Shown here piece by piece: positions 53,379 through 63,999 of a stretch of DNA of 64,000 nucleotides. Positions within the stretch are counted from its first letter, which is position 1. Each line of letters opens with the position of its first letter. Source of the stretch: an uncultured Marinoscillum sp. (GTDB taxonomy: Bacteria; Bacteroidota; Bacteroidia; Cytophagales; MED-G16); the NCBI GenBank assembly GCA_964527965.1, contig CAZGPH010000006.1:175-64174 (forward strand), in the 5' to 3' direction. The translations under genes and the position numbers were made by a program. The notes below the pieces were generated by a model. That model did not search any database, was not told where the DNA came from, and saw only the letters and a program-made list of their open reading frames with translations.

Positions 53379-54698
53379 TTATAAATTTTCATCTTTAAAT
53401 TCTGTAAGATCATCATCTTTAAGGAAACCCTTAATTCTTTCTGTGACTAGTTTACCAAAGTTATTTACTTTAGGCAATGACGATCCATCAAATGATCTTG
53501 AATCATTCCTGTTTTTAATTCCAGGAGAATTTACATAATCCCAAAGCAACAAGCCAACAGCTGTTGAGTATTTAGGATACTCAAGGTTTACTATATCTGA
53601 TTTTGTTAAATAAGATGAAGGGTATCCCTTCCTGACATCTAAACCAGTAATATATTTAACCTGTTGTTTTAAATTTAGAAGTTGAGAGCCTCCACCAGTT
53701 ATAACAATTCCGGCAGATAACTTTTCACTCATACCACTATTTAAAATTTCTTGATGGACTTTTTCAAAAATTTCTTCCATCCTCGCCTCAATTATTTTAT
53801 ATAAATTATCTAATAATATTTTTTTATCTTCTCTCTGGCCTTCACCCTTAATCTTGACATACTCCTTTACTGGTCTTTTAACATACAAAGCTTTACCAAA
53901 CTTAATTTTTAAAGCTTCTGCATGATGCCTAGGTAGACCTAAACCCTCTTTAATATCTTGAGTAACAATATCACCTCCCAGTGGGATAACAGCAGTATGT
54001 CTAATAATATTATCGTGAAAAATTGAGATATCTGTTGTGCCTCCTCCAATATCAACAAGGCAGATACCATCTTCTTTATCATTTTCATCTAATAGAGCTA
54101 AACTTGATGCAATAGGTTCAAGAATTAAATTACGGCATTTAACTTGTGATCTTTTAATAGATTCTTCCATTATTTTAATATCAACTTTATTAGCACTTAT
54201 TATATGGAAATCAGCCTCTAACTTTTTACCATACTCTCCAATTGGGTCTACTGAATCATGGTCTTCATCAATAGTAAATTTCTGATGCATACTATGAATT
54301 ATTTTATGATTAGTAGGTATCACAGCCATCTTAGATCTTTGTTCAAGTCTTTTGATATGAGAATGATTAATCTCAATAGGTTCATTTTCATTATTTTGTA
54401 GGCCTATAGAATGATGAGTACTAAAACTTCGTATATGTTTTCCGGCAATACCAACATTAACAAACTCTATAGGAACTTTTGCCATTTTTCCAGCTTCTTT
54501 TACGACATCTTTTATTTTTGATGTTGCTTTTATGAGGTTTTGAATCATTCCCTCTGAGACACCTTCAGAATCTGTTTCAGAAAAGCCAATAATTTTTAAT
54601 TTATTATTTTCAGTCTGTTCTGCAATAATTGCACAAATTTTTGAGGTACCTATATCTAATGCTGTAAAATATTTTTTTATAGGCTTATTCATTTTCAT
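53379..54698 (-). CDS. ftsA: Cell division protein FtsA
   Basis: LDIGTSKI, VGIAG.HI, LVDIGGGTTD, IEARMEEI, TGGGS, C-terminal amphipathic helix. Confidence 0.96.
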   Translation of the reverse strand: MKMNKPIKKYFTALDIGTSKICAIIAEQTENNKLKIIGFSETDSEGVSEGMIQNLIKATSKIKDVVKEAGKMAKVPIEFVNVGIAGKHIRSFSTHHSIGLQNNENEPIEINHSHIKRLEQRSKMAVIPTNHKIIHSMHQKFTIDEDHDSVDPIGEYGKKLEADFHIISANKVDIKIMEESIKRSQVKCRNLILEPIASSLALLDENDKEDGICLVDIGGGTTDISIFHDNIIRHTAVIPLGGDIVTQDIKEGLGLPRHHAEALKIKFGKALYVKRPVKEYVKIKGEGQREDKKILLDNLYKIIEARMEEIFEKVHQEILNSGMSEKLSAGIVITGGGSQLLNLKQQVKYITGLDVRKGYPSSYLTKSDIVNLEYPKYSTAVGLLLWDYVNSPGIKNRNDSRSFDGSSLPKVNNFGKLVTERIKGFLKDDDLTEFKDENL

Positions 54699-55420
54699 GC
54701 ATTTTTATCACAGATAATTTGATTTCTAAATTTAACATTGACTGTTTTATAAGTGTTCCATCCTTTTGTTGGAGCAATATTATTATAGAATAACATTATT
54801 TTTTTAAATTTTTCTTCCAAATTATCAGGATATCCAAAAATAAATTTTTGTTTTGATAATTGTGGATGAATAACAATATTTTTATTTGATTTTATTTCTA
54901 TCTCTGAAATTATTTTTGATAAAAAATCATCCCCATTAATAAAGTTTATCATGTTCATAAGATCCTTTGAAAATTTTAAATTTTTATTATTAATATCTAA
55001 GTCATTATTCATATGAATTAATATTACTCTCTCTGAAAAATTAGAAGATATAGGAAATAAATTACCCTGAGAATCAATATATTTTTTTGAGTTAATACCA
55101 GAAACAATTCTAGCAATAGGCTCAAATTGTTCAACCTCAACATTTATGTTACCAACTAAATCTTTATACACCTTAATATCTCTGACATGAGGGTTTGAAC
55201 TAAGTTTTTTTTCTAAATCATCTAGATCAACTAAAGATGAGTCAGAAGAAATCTGATCTTGAAGAAACACCTCTACAATATTTTTATTAAGAAATGTACT
55301 ATCAACTCTTACAATAAAATTATTTGAATTTATATCATTATTTCTAAACAATAATATTATTGAATACATTAAGAAACATATAAAAATAAATACAACTATT
55401 TTTGAAATTTTTTTTATCAT
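54695..55420 (-). CDS. ftsQ: Cell division protein FtsQ/DivIB
   Basis: N-terminal TM, POTRA-like LEKKLSSNPHV, C-terminal KGWNTY..VN.KF..QIIC; dcw position. Confidence 0.88.
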   Translation of the reverse strand: MIKKISKIVVFIFICFLMYSIILLFRNNDINSNNFIVRVDSTFLNKNIVEVFLQDQISSDSSLVDLDDLEKKLSSNPHVRDIKVYKDLVGNINVEVEQFEPIARIVSGINSKKYIDSQGNLFPISSNFSERVILIHMNNDLDINNKNLKFSKDLMNMINFINGDDFLSKIISEIEIKSNKNIVIHPQLSKQKFIFGYPDNLEEKFKKIMLFYNNIAPTKGWNTYKTVNVKFRNQIICDKNA

Positions 55421-56541
55421 ATCTCATCATAAATTTTAGAAACAATATTTTTAGCAGCATCAGGTTTCGCTAATTTTTCTAGAGATTTTTTCATCTTTAT
55501 TTTCATTTCTGAATTTTCTAGTAAAATAATTGCCTGATTTAACATATTATCTTTTGCATCTTTGTCTTCAACTAGTAAACATCCTCCATTCCTAAATATT
55601 TCATTAGCATTCTTTCTTTGGTGGTCATCAACTACATTAGGAGAAGGAATTAATATCAAAGGTTTAGAAATATAACTTAGCTCAGATATAGCTATTGCTC
55701 CAGCTCTAGATATAATAATATCAGCAACTTGATATGCTAAATCCATTCTTTTTATAAATGACTTAACTACTAAATTTTTTTCTTCAATATTTTTTGATAA
55801 AATATGATCATAGTAATAATCCCCTGTTTGCCATAATACCTGAAAGGAAGATTCTCTTATAATTGAAAGATTATTTAAAATACCTTCATTAATACTTTTT
55901 GCTCCAAGAGATCCACCTAAAACAAGTATTGTTTTTTTATCTCTATCTAAATTAAAATAATTAAATGGATCCTGGCTTATATTCTTGCTGTATTTTCTGA
56001 TAGGATTACCTAAGTTTAAGACAGTATTCTTATCAAAAAATTTTTCTAGATTATTATAAGCAACAAATATAAGCTTCACTCTTTTTGATAATAGTCTATT
56101 TGTATATCCAGGAAAGGAATTTTGTTCTTGGATTGCAGTTTTAAAATTCAAAATTGATGAAATTAATAGAAATGGCCCAGAAGAATATCCTCCAAAACCT
56201 ATTACGTAATCAGGTTTATATTTAATAAGTATATAAATTGACTTAACCGTTGAATAAAAAATTTTAAACGGTAAAAGAAAATTTTTAATTAGAAATGGAA
56301 TACCTAAAAAAAGAATATTCAATAAAAATGAAGACCTTTTAATTCCTGAAATCCAAAGTCCAATAATTGGATAATTATATTTAGGTACAATTTCCATTTC
56401 CATTCTATCACTAGATCCAACAAATAATATCTCATTTTTTAAATTTCTTTTTTTTATTTCATCAGCTATAGATATCATAGGAAAAATATGTCCACCTGTC
56501 CCTCCTCCACATAAAATAACTTTAATCTTTTTATCAAGCAT
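55417..56541 (-). CDS. murG: Undecaprenyldiphospho-muramoylpentapeptide GlcNAc transferase
   Basis: GGGTGGHIFP, GGYSSGP, QEQN, GGSLGA, RAGA..ISE, DHQ..NA; start placed at MLDKK (56541). Confidence 0.96.
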   Translation of the reverse strand: MLDKKIKVILCGGGTGGHIFPMISIADEIKKRNLKNEILFVGSSDRMEMEIVPKYNYPIIGLWISGIKRSSFLLNILFLGIPFLIKNFLLPFKIFYSTVKSIYILIKYKPDYVIGFGGYSSGPFLLISSILNFKTAIQEQNSFPGYTNRLLSKRVKLIFVAYNNLEKFFDKNTVLNLGNPIRKYSKNISQDPFNYFNLDRDKKTILVLGGSLGAKSINEGILNNLSIIRESSFQVLWQTGDYYYDHILSKNIEEKNLVVKSFIKRMDLAYQVADIIISRAGAIAISELSYISKPLILIPSPNVVDDHQRKNANEIFRNGGCLLVEDKDAKDNMLNQAIILLENSEMKIKMKKSLEKLAKPDAAKNIVSKIYDEI

Positions 56542-57649
56542 AACTCTTCTCAAAATTATTTTGTCTACTAACACTAAGAATTATTCCTAATGTAATACCT
56601 GTAAATAATTGAGATGTTCCTCCCATACTAATTAAAGGTAATGTTACTCCTGTTACAGGAAGAAGGCCGACTACAACACACATATTTGTTATAGCCTGAA
56701 TAACTAATGCAAAACTTAAACCAGCACTTAATAACCCTCCAAATGGCCTCTCAGAATCAATAAAAATTTTCATGCCTCTATACAATAGAATTAAGTAAAG
56801 TATAAGGATAGAAATACCCATTAGAAAACCATATTCTTCCACAATAATTGCATATATAAAATCAGAAGATGACTGTGGAAGAAAGTTTTTCTGATTACTA
56901 TTACCAGGTCCTTTTCCAAATAGCCCACCAGTAGATACTGCTATATAAGCTTGTTCTAGTTGATAAGGAATATTTTTTTTATTAATAAAATCTTCAACTC
57001 TACTTAAGGCAGTATAACCTCTCTGACCTGTTAAAAGTGCAATGCCTCCACTAAATAAAATAAATAAAATAAGTAATGAAAGATGTGAAATTTTAACTCT
57101 TGATATAAACATTAATAAAATAGAAGTAGCACCTAGAATTAATGCTGTAGATAAATTTGTTAGAGCAATACATAAACATATTAAACCAATCCACAAAAAA
57201 GGCATAAATAAAGTCTTAATATTATCTAAATCATATTGTTTTTTTGCAAGAAAACTTGAAAGGTAAATTATGAGAGAAAGCTTTGCCAAATCAGATGGTT
57301 GAAAAGCCATATTTATAATTGGGATACTTATCCATCTTGAGGCTTCATTAATATTTACTCCAAACTTATATGTAAAGATTAAGAGAGGTACTGAGATATA
57401 AAGACCAATTAAAGATATTCTTGAAAAATACTTGTAATCTACTCTATGCGAAAACCACATTGCAATAAAACTAAATGATATTAATACAAAATGCTTTACA
57501 AGGTAGAATTCAGTATTTCCTCCTTTATTTTGTAGAGCTAATAAACTTGTAGCACTATAAACTGAAAGTAAACCTATAACTGACAATACAATAGCAATTA
57601 TCCAAATGATTTTATCGCCTTGAATATTATCTTTTATCCAATTTACCAT
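56534..57649 (-). CDS. ftsW: SEDS glycosyltransferase FtsW
   Basis: RWI....FQPSD.AK, YQ..QA..A..GG..GKG.G.S, SDFIYAII.EE.G, P.TG..LP.IS.GGTS. Confidence 0.94.
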   Translation of the reverse strand: MVNWIKDNIQGDKIIWIIAIVLSVIGLLSVYSATSLLALQNKGGNTEFYLVKHFVLISFSFIAMWFSHRVDYKYFSRISLIGLYISVPLLIFTYKFGVNINEASRWISIPIINMAFQPSDLAKLSLIIYLSSFLAKKQYDLDNIKTLFMPFLWIGLICLCIALTNLSTALILGATSILLMFISRVKISHLSLLILFILFSGGIALLTGQRGYTALSRVEDFINKKNIPYQLEQAYIAVSTGGLFGKGPGNSNQKNFLPQSSSDFIYAIIVEEYGFLMGISILILYLILLYRGMKIFIDSERPFGGLLSAGLSFALVIQAITNMCVVVGLLPVTGVTLPLISMGGTSQLFTGITLGIILSVSRQNNFEKSYA

Positions 57650-57650
57650 A

Positions 57651-58859
57651 TTATCTAAGTTTTAAGGTTGCCAAAGTGACTATAGCTAACAATATACTTA
57701 TCATCCAAAATCTAGCAACAATTTTAGTTTCATGAATTCCTTTTTTCTGATAATGATGATGAAGAGGAGCCATCAAGAAAACTCTTTTTCCAACTCCATA
57801 TTTTTTCTTAGTATATTTAAAATATAGTACTTGAATTATAACCGATATGTTCTCTATTAAAAAAATTCCACAGAGAACAGGAATTAATAACTCTTTCTTA
57901 ATAATAATTGCTAAAACAGCAATTATAGCTCCAATTGATAAACTACCAGTATCTCCCATAAAAACTTGAGCAGGATAAGAATTATACCAAATAAAACCTA
58001 TACATGCTCCTACAAAAGCAAAAGAAAAAATAACAAGTTCACCAACCATTGGAATGTATAAAATATTTAGATAATCAGAAAATATTATATTACCAGATAG
58101 ATAGATAAATATTGATAATGTTATTCCAATTATAGCTGAAGTGCCTGCTGCAAGGCCATCTAAACCATCAGTAATATTTGCTCCATTTGATACAGAAGTA
58201 ATAATAAAAATAATAATCAAACTATATATGGCCCAAGTATAATCATCTAAAACACTAGGTAATAACCAATCATATCTAAATTGGTTATCCTTAACAAATG
58301 GAATTGTAGTAATTAATTCTTTAGTATCTTCATGATCAACTCCTCTTAATAGACTTTCTTGTGTTATAGGTTCAGTGAAATTTCTCACAACTACTGATTC
58401 ATTAGAAATTAATATAAATGAAACAAAAATTCCAATTAAAATTTGTCCAATTATTTTAAACCTTCCCTTCAACCCATCTTTATTATTATTTTTAATTTTC
58501 AAGTAATCATCTATAAAGCCTATTAAACTGATGAAAACTGTCACTATTAACATCATAATTATATAGATATTAGAAAGGTCTGCAAATAATAATGTTGGAA
58601 ATATTATTGATAAAACTATGATTAAACCACCCATAGTCGGAGTCCCTTTTTTTTCTTTCTGACCATTTAAATCAAGATCTCTTATTTTTTCGGATAACTG
58701 AAAATTTGTTAGAATACTAATTATTTTTTTACCAAAAAGAATACTTATTACTAAAGAAAATAAAGCAGCCATTCCTGCTCTAAATGATAAATATTGAAAG
58801 ACACCAGTCCCTGCTATATCGTAATTATTATTTAAATATTCAAATAGACTGTATAACAT
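57651..58859 (-). CDS. mraY: Phospho-N-acetylmuramoyl-pentapeptide transferase
   Basis: [38 protein letters not shown]. Confidence 0.98.
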   Translation of the reverse strand: MLYSLFEYLNNNYDIAGTGVFQYLSFRAGMAALFSLVISILFGKKIISILTNFQLSEKIRDLDLNGQKEKKGTPTMGGLIIVLSIIFPTLLFADLSNIYIIMMLIVTVFISLIGFIDDYLKIKNNNKDGLKGRFKIIGQILIGIFVSFILISNESVVVRNFTEPITQESLLRGVDHEDTKELITTIPFVKDNQFRYDWLLPSVLDDYTWAIYSLIIIFIITSVSNGANITDGLDGLAAGTSAIIGITLSIFIYLSGNIIFSDYLNILYIPMVGELVIFSFAFVGACIGFIWYNSYPAQVFMGDTGSLSIGAIIAVLAIIIKKELLIPVLCGIFLIENISVIIQVLYFKYTKKKYGVGKRVFLMAPLHHHYQKKGIHETKIVARFWMISILLAIVTLATLKLR

Positions 58860-58860
58860 A

Positions 58861-60300
58861 TTATAAAATTATTTTTTTTAAAATTTCCTTATCATCATGT
58901 GGAATAGATTTATCTCCTATAATTTGATATTTTTCATGACCTTTTCCAGCGACTAAAATTATTGAATCTTTTTTATAGTTCAAGCATGCCTCTTGTATTG
59001 CTTTTTTTCTATCAGAAATAATAATAAAGTTTTTTCTTACAGCTCCTTTTACTAAATCTGAAATAATATTTTCTTCATTTTCATTTCTTGGATTATCTGA
59101 AGTAAAGATAACATGGTCACTATATTGTGTAGCAATTTTTCCCATTTCAGATCTTTTAGACTTATCTCTATCTCCTCCAGCACCTACAATAGTAATCACT
59201 TTAGCTTCACTCTTAAATCTAGATATATTAATTAAAACATTTTCTAGAGCATCAGGTGTATGTGCATAATCAATTATACCAATTACATTATTTTTTCCAT
59301 GAATAAAATCCATTCTACCATTTGGTGTATTAAGTTTAGAAAGGTTTTTGAAAATAATATCAGATTCAATTTTTAAAACTTTTCCAACTGCAAATACACT
59401 CAAGAGATTGTATGCATTAAAATCACCGATGATTTTAAAATGAACATTTACATTATCAATCTTTATTTTAATACCATTAGTTCCACTTTCAACAATTTTT
59501 CCTTTTGAATCAGATATTTTTTTTAGTCCATATGAGAGAACTTTTGATTTTGTATTCTGAACTAGATATTCTGATCTTTTATCATCTGAATTTATAATCG
59601 AGTATGAGGTTTTAGGTAAATCATCAAATAATTTTTTTTTCGTATTAATATAATTTATAAATGTTTTATGGTAGTCTAAATGATCATGTGACAAATTAGA
59701 AAAAATTCCTATAAAAATATCTTTGCCCATTATCCTTTTCTGATCAATTGAATGAGAGCTAGCTTCCATAACACAATATTCACATGAACTTTTAATCATA
59801 TTATCTAATAACTCATGTAATTGAACAGGACTTGGGGTTGTGAGTTTAGACTTAACTTTCTTGTCTAATATACTATTCTCTATAGTTGATAACATCCCTA
59901 CTTTTATACCTAAAGAACTTAAAAAGTTATAAAGAAAAAAAACTATTGATGTTTTTCCATTTGTTCCAGTAACAGCAATGATTTTAATTTTTTTTGCAGG
60001 ATCATTATAATATTTTGAGGATATATCATAGACAGATTCTCTAATATTTTCTACTACTATATAGCATACAGCTGGAGTTATTTTATTTGGTAAATAAGAG
60101 CAAATTATAACTTTACATCCTTTTTGAATAGCATTATCAATATATCTATGTCCATCTAAAGAGATACCCTTTATAGCAAAAAACAAATAATTATGTTTTA
60201 CTAGTTTAGAATTATCAGTTATCCCCTCAACAGTTGTATTAATATCACCAACTATTTTTATAATTTTGACATCACTAATAATCTCTTTTAATTTTTTCAC
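58861..60300 (-). CDS. murE: UDP-MurNAc-dipeptide--meso-DAP ligase
   Basis: [40 protein letters not shown], meso-DAP-type DNPR, AGKGHE. Confidence 0.97.
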   Translation of the reverse strand: MKKLKEIISDVKIIKIVGDINTTVEGITDNSKLVKHNYLFFAIKGISLDGHRYIDNAIQKGCKVIICSYLPNKITPAVCYIVVENIRESVYDISSKYYNDPAKKIKIIAVTGTNGKTSIVFFLYNFLSSLGIKVGMLSTIENSILDKKVKSKLTTPSPVQLHELLDNMIKSSCEYCVMEASSHSIDQKRIMGKDIFIGIFSNLSHDHLDYHKTFINYINTKKKLFDDLPKTSYSIINSDDKRSEYLVQNTKSKVLSYGLKKISDSKGKIVESGTNGIKIKIDNVNVHFKIIGDFNAYNLLSVFAVGKVLKIESDIIFKNLSKLNTPNGRMDFIHGKNNVIGIIDYAHTPDALENVLINISRFKSEAKVITIVGAGGDRDKSKRSEMGKIATQYSDHVIFTSDNPRNENEENIISDLVKGAVRKNFIIISDRKKAIQEACLNYKKDSIILVAGKGHEKYQIIGDKSIPHDDKEILKKIIL

Positions 60301-62381
60301 CCTAAACTTATACTAATTGATTTATATTTCTTAATTAATTTCCCTGGAGAAATATTCTGTTTTCTAACTCTTCCCTTACCTGAAAAAGTAACATTTAAAC
60401 CTCTTGATTCTAAAAGATATATTGCATCTTTTAAGGTCATCCCAACAACATTAGGAACTAAATGAATTTTTGAGTTTATAGACTCCCAATATATAGAGTT
60501 ATCGATAAGTTTTGTTCTAACCCACTCACTGTCAGATTGTGAATGATTAGATAAAGCCAAATTATTTGATAGGAATACAAGATCATCCTTATATCCTGCT
60601 CTAATTTGTGGAAAGGTAAATTTAAAATCTTCTTTCTTGATTTCTTGAAAATATTTCTCATCCGAAATAAATATCTTATCAGCAATTTCTTTAAAGACAG
60701 GAGCTGCTACATCACTACCATAAATTCTATATTTTTTAGGGTTATCAATAACTACAATACAACTATATTTTGGGGTTTCACTTGGAAAGAATCCTGCAAA
60801 TGAAGTATAATACCTATTAGCATACCTGCCGTTTACTACTTTTTTTGCAGTACCCGTTTTTCCTGCAATTTTATAATTACTATGTTTGATATTATCAGCG
60901 GTTCCATTTTCTACTACTCCTTCCAATAATTTCTTTACAGTATTAATTGATTTAATTCCTGCAATATTTTTAGTTTTTGAATTATCAAATTTTTCAATTA
61001 ATCTATTAGCACTCTTGACATTCTTTACTATTCTAGGTTGAACATATATTCCATTATTAGCAACTGCATTATAAAAAGTGAGAGTATGAAGTGGAGTTAA
61101 CATTAATTCATAACCATGAGCTATCCAAGGGAGAGAAACCTTACTCCATGTTGAATCTTTACTATTTTTTATTTGAGGTTTTGAAGAACCGAAGATTTGA
61201 AAATCAAAATTATTATTAAAACCAAATCTCCCTAAGTAGTCTAAAAAAATTTGAGGAGATCTATTAAAAGTCTCATCAATCATCTTAGCAACTCCTATAT
61301 TTGAACTTTTTTCAAAAACTTCTTTTATTGTAATTTTACCATAGCCTCCTGGCTTATGATCTTTCATTAATTCAGAATAAAACCTATATTCTCCCTCACC
61401 TGTATCTACAGAATCATATATTGAACTCTCTGTTTCCTCTAAGTATGCTAGCATACTAGCTAATTTAAAAGTTGAGCCAGGTTCATGCATTCCCTGAATG
61501 GCATAATTATAATTTTCGGTATAATAGCCTGATTTATTTTTACTAAAATTTGATATTGCTTTAATATCACCTGTCTCAACTTCCATTAAAATTACTGATC
61601 CATAATCAGCATCATTAATTTTTAATCCTTTTAATAGAGCTGATTCAGCTATATCCTGTAGGTTTACATTTATAGTTGTGACAATATCAAAACCATTCTT
61701 AGGTTGTATCTCATTACCATCATAAATTGGCCTCCAATAATTTCCAGCAATTTTTTGAGTGAGTATTTCTCCATCCTTTCCATTAAGAAATGAATTAAAA
61801 CTATACTCAATTCCTACAGTTCCTTTATTATTTTCATCCACAGAACCTATTGTCCTATAGCCTAATTTTGAGTATGGTCTGTACCTCTCATCCATTTTTT
61901 CAAAAATAACTCCACCATTCAATCTTCCCTCTCTAAAAATAGGCCATGTATTTAATATCTTTTTTTCTTGATATCCAATTTTCTTTCTATTTAATAAAAG
62001 GTATCTTCTCTTATTCTTTCTGGCACTTAAAATATTATTTTTATACTCATTCTTACTTTTATCTTTAAAAAAATATGATAATAATAATGCTAATGAATCT
62101 AGATCATTTTCTAATAAAATATTATTAGGTATTGAAGGATCAAAAGCAACTTTATAAAAAGGTAGAGAAGTAGCTAATATACTTCCATCATCAGATAAAA
62201 TATTTCCCCTACTTGCTTTTATTTTATCATATTTGAAATTAATATTTTCAGATTTTGATTTCCAATAATCACCCTCTGAAAATTGTAAATCAAAAATACT
62301 ATAGACTATGCCTAAACTTATAATTATTACCATCACGAAAGCTATCTTCACTCTCAATAAAATTTCTTTTTTAATATTCAT
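60297..62381 (-). CDS. ftsI: Division penicillin-binding protein FtsI with C-terminal PASTA domain
   Basis: RGNILS, EPGSTFK (SxxK), SSN (SxN), GKTGT (KTG), VPNVVGM. Confidence 0.95.
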   Translation of the reverse strand: MNIKKEILLRVKIAFVMVIIISLGIVYSIFDLQFSEGDYWKSKSENINFKYDKIKASRGNILSDDGSILATSLPFYKVAFDPSIPNNILLENDLDSLALLLSYFFKDKSKNEYKNNILSARKNKRRYLLLNRKKIGYQEKKILNTWPIFREGRLNGGVIFEKMDERYRPYSKLGYRTIGSVDENNKGTVGIEYSFNSFLNGKDGEILTQKIAGNYWRPIYDGNEIQPKNGFDIVTTINVNLQDIAESALLKGLKINDADYGSVILMEVETGDIKAISNFSKNKSGYYTENYNYAIQGMHEPGSTFKLASMLAYLEETESSIYDSVDTGEGEYRFYSELMKDHKPGGYGKITIKEVFEKSSNIGVAKMIDETFNRSPQIFLDYLGRFGFNNNFDFQIFGSSKPQIKNSKDSTWSKVSLPWIAHGYELMLTPLHTLTFYNAVANNGIYVQPRIVKNVKSANRLIEKFDNSKTKNIAGIKSINTVKKLLEGVVENGTADNIKHSNYKIAGKTGTAKKVVNGRYANRYYTSFAGFFPSETPKYSCIVVIDNPKKYRIYGSDVAAPVFKEIADKIFISDEKYFQEIKKEDFKFTFPQIRAGYKDDLVFLSNNLALSNHSQSDSEWVRTKLIDNSIYWESINSKIHLVPNVVGMTLKDAIYLLESRGLNVTFSGKGRVRKQNISPGKLIKKYKSISISLG

Positions 62382-62698
62382 TCTTTGTATGATATTTTTT
62401 CAGGTGGTAGTTTAGAGTTTTTCAGGCCAATTTCTTTTACTCTTTTTAGAATTTCAGACTCCTTTCTAGAAAACATATAATTATTATTAAGAGTTACATA
62501 ATCAGTTCTCAATTCTTCTACTTCTTTCTCTAACTTATTTATTTCTCTTATTTGTTTTTCAACTGAATGTTGATTACTGATGTAAATAATTAAAAATAAT
62601 AATAAATAAAATATCTTGTAAAAGTCAATATTTAAAGAACTAGGCAATTCTAATTTTAATGATTTTAAAATATCATCTATTTTATCCTTAACATTCAT
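62378..62698 (-). CDS. ftsL: FtsL-like cell division protein
   Basis: Single TM + coiled coil, IYISN.H, position between rsmH and ftsI. Confidence 0.8.
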   Translation of the reverse strand: MNVKDKIDDILKSLKLELPSSLNIDFYKIFYLLLFLIIYISNQHSVEKQIREINKLEKEVEELRTDYVTLNNNYMFSRKESEILKRVKEIGLKNSKLPPEKISYKE

Positions 62699-63597
62699 AT
62701 TTTTTCTCCAATTCTTAACTTTGCACTTCTTGATCTAGGATTTTCTTTTAATTCCTCTAATGAAGGAGTAAATGGTTTTTTATTTATCCTCTTAAAAAGC
62801 TCCACTTTTTTACCATATAAATCTTTTTCATAATCAGGTAAAAAATTTGATTTATTAATAAAATTTTTAACTAATCTATCTTCAATAGAATGATAGGATA
62901 TTATAACTAGCCTACCTTTTGTATTTAATTGATTTACTGTTTTTTTAAGCATTTCCTTTAATGAATTTATCTCATCATTTACTTCTATTCTTATAGCTTG
63001 GTAAAATTTTGACAAAAACTTAAATGATACTCTCTTACCAAAAATTTGATTTAAAATTTCAATCAAATCAGAATTTTTTTTTATTCTTTTTTTATTCCTA
63101 TAATTAATTATTTTATCGACTATAGATCCAGAATTTTTTATATCTCCATAATTAAATAAAATCTTTTTAAGATTACTTTTTTCATAATCATTGATAACAT
63201 CTTCTGCAGAAAGTTTAATTTCCTTACTCATTCTCATATCAAGCAAATAATCTCCTTTATATGAAAAACCTCTTTCTGAGTTATCTATTTGATGTGATGA
63301 AATACCAAGATCAGCAAGAATCCCATCAACTCTATCTATCCCTTTACTTTTAAGGTGATTATCAAAAAATTTAAAATTGCTTTGAATTAATTCAAAATTA
63401 CCCTGAGAAATTGGATTATTCTTAATTGCGTCTTTATCTGTATCAAAAGAAAATAATTTTCCTTTTTTACTTAATTTTTTTAAAATTAACTTGGAGTGAC
63501 CTCCTCCTCCAAAAGTAAGATCAACGTAGATTCCCTCTGGTTTTATACTTAATCCTTTTATTGATTCATTAAGTAATACAGGAACATGATATTTCAT
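62695..63597 (-). CDS. rsmH: 16S rRNA m4C1402 methyltransferase
   Basis: HVPVLL, D.TFGGGGHS, DLG.SS.Q, RGFSY, LDMRM, QAIRIEVN, YHS.EDR, NPRSRSAKLR. Confidence 0.98.
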   Translation of the reverse strand: MKYHVPVLLNESIKGLSIKPEGIYVDLTFGGGGHSKLILKKLSKKGKLFSFDTDKDAIKNNPISQGNFELIQSNFKFFDNHLKSKGIDRVDGILADLGISSHQIDNSERGFSYKGDYLLDMRMSKEIKLSAEDVINDYEKSNLKKILFNYGDIKNSGSIVDKIINYRNKKRIKKNSDLIEILNQIFGKRVSFKFLSKFYQAIRIEVNDEINSLKEMLKKTVNQLNTKGRLVIISYHSIEDRLVKNFINKSNFLPDYEKDLYGKKVELFKRINKKPFTPSLEELKENPRSRSAKLRIGEKI

Positions 63598-63603
63598 AAT
63601 TAA

Positions 63604-63999
63604 TTATACATCAAGATATTTTTGAGCCAACTTAGAGAACTCTTCAGAGCTACTAATCAAATTCTTTTTATAGATAACAGGGTTCCAAAGTTCAATAATA
63701 TTACCTACTCCAATAAGAATCACATCTTTCTCTAATTCACAATGAGAAATCATTGATTTTGGTATCAAAAATCTAGCATTTGAATCAAGATCAACCTGAG
63801 ATATGCTACTAAATAAATTTCTTTTTAATTTTCTTTGTTCAGAACTAAACTCATTAAGTGAATTAATTCTTGCATAAATATTTTGAAACTCACTTAAAGG
63901 ATATATAATAAGATTAGGCTCAAATCCTTTCCTAACAACTATGCTATTCTTAGAAGCTGAAGGTAAGACTGATTTTAACCTAGAGGGTAAAACCAATCT
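63604..63999 (-). CDS. mraZ: MraZ (partial; 5' end outside the window)
   Basis: R-LVLPSRLK, LIIYP, D..ARFLIP, IG.G..IELW. The frame stays open to the window edge, so the TTG at 63996 is not the real start. Confidence 0.92.
   Translation of the reverse strand, partial: RLVLPSRLKSVLPSASKNSIVVRKGFEPNLIIYPLSEFQNIYARINSLNEFSSEQRKLKRNLFSSISQVDLDSNARFLIPKSMISHCELEKDVILIGVGNIIELWNPVIYKKNLISSSEEFSKLAQKYLDV

Noticed and set aside
3716-60803. Other short antisense or nested ORFs in the track (e.g. 3716, 6354, 11248, 12041, 13061, 13523, 18767, 19145, 19910, 25732, 26526, 36811, 38531, 38894, 41845, 45819, 48261, 50787, 52429, 54037, 57042, 60476, 60606)
   Set aside because: All lie within well-supported CDSs, mostly in the antisense frame expected from codon bias, and show no recognisable motifs.
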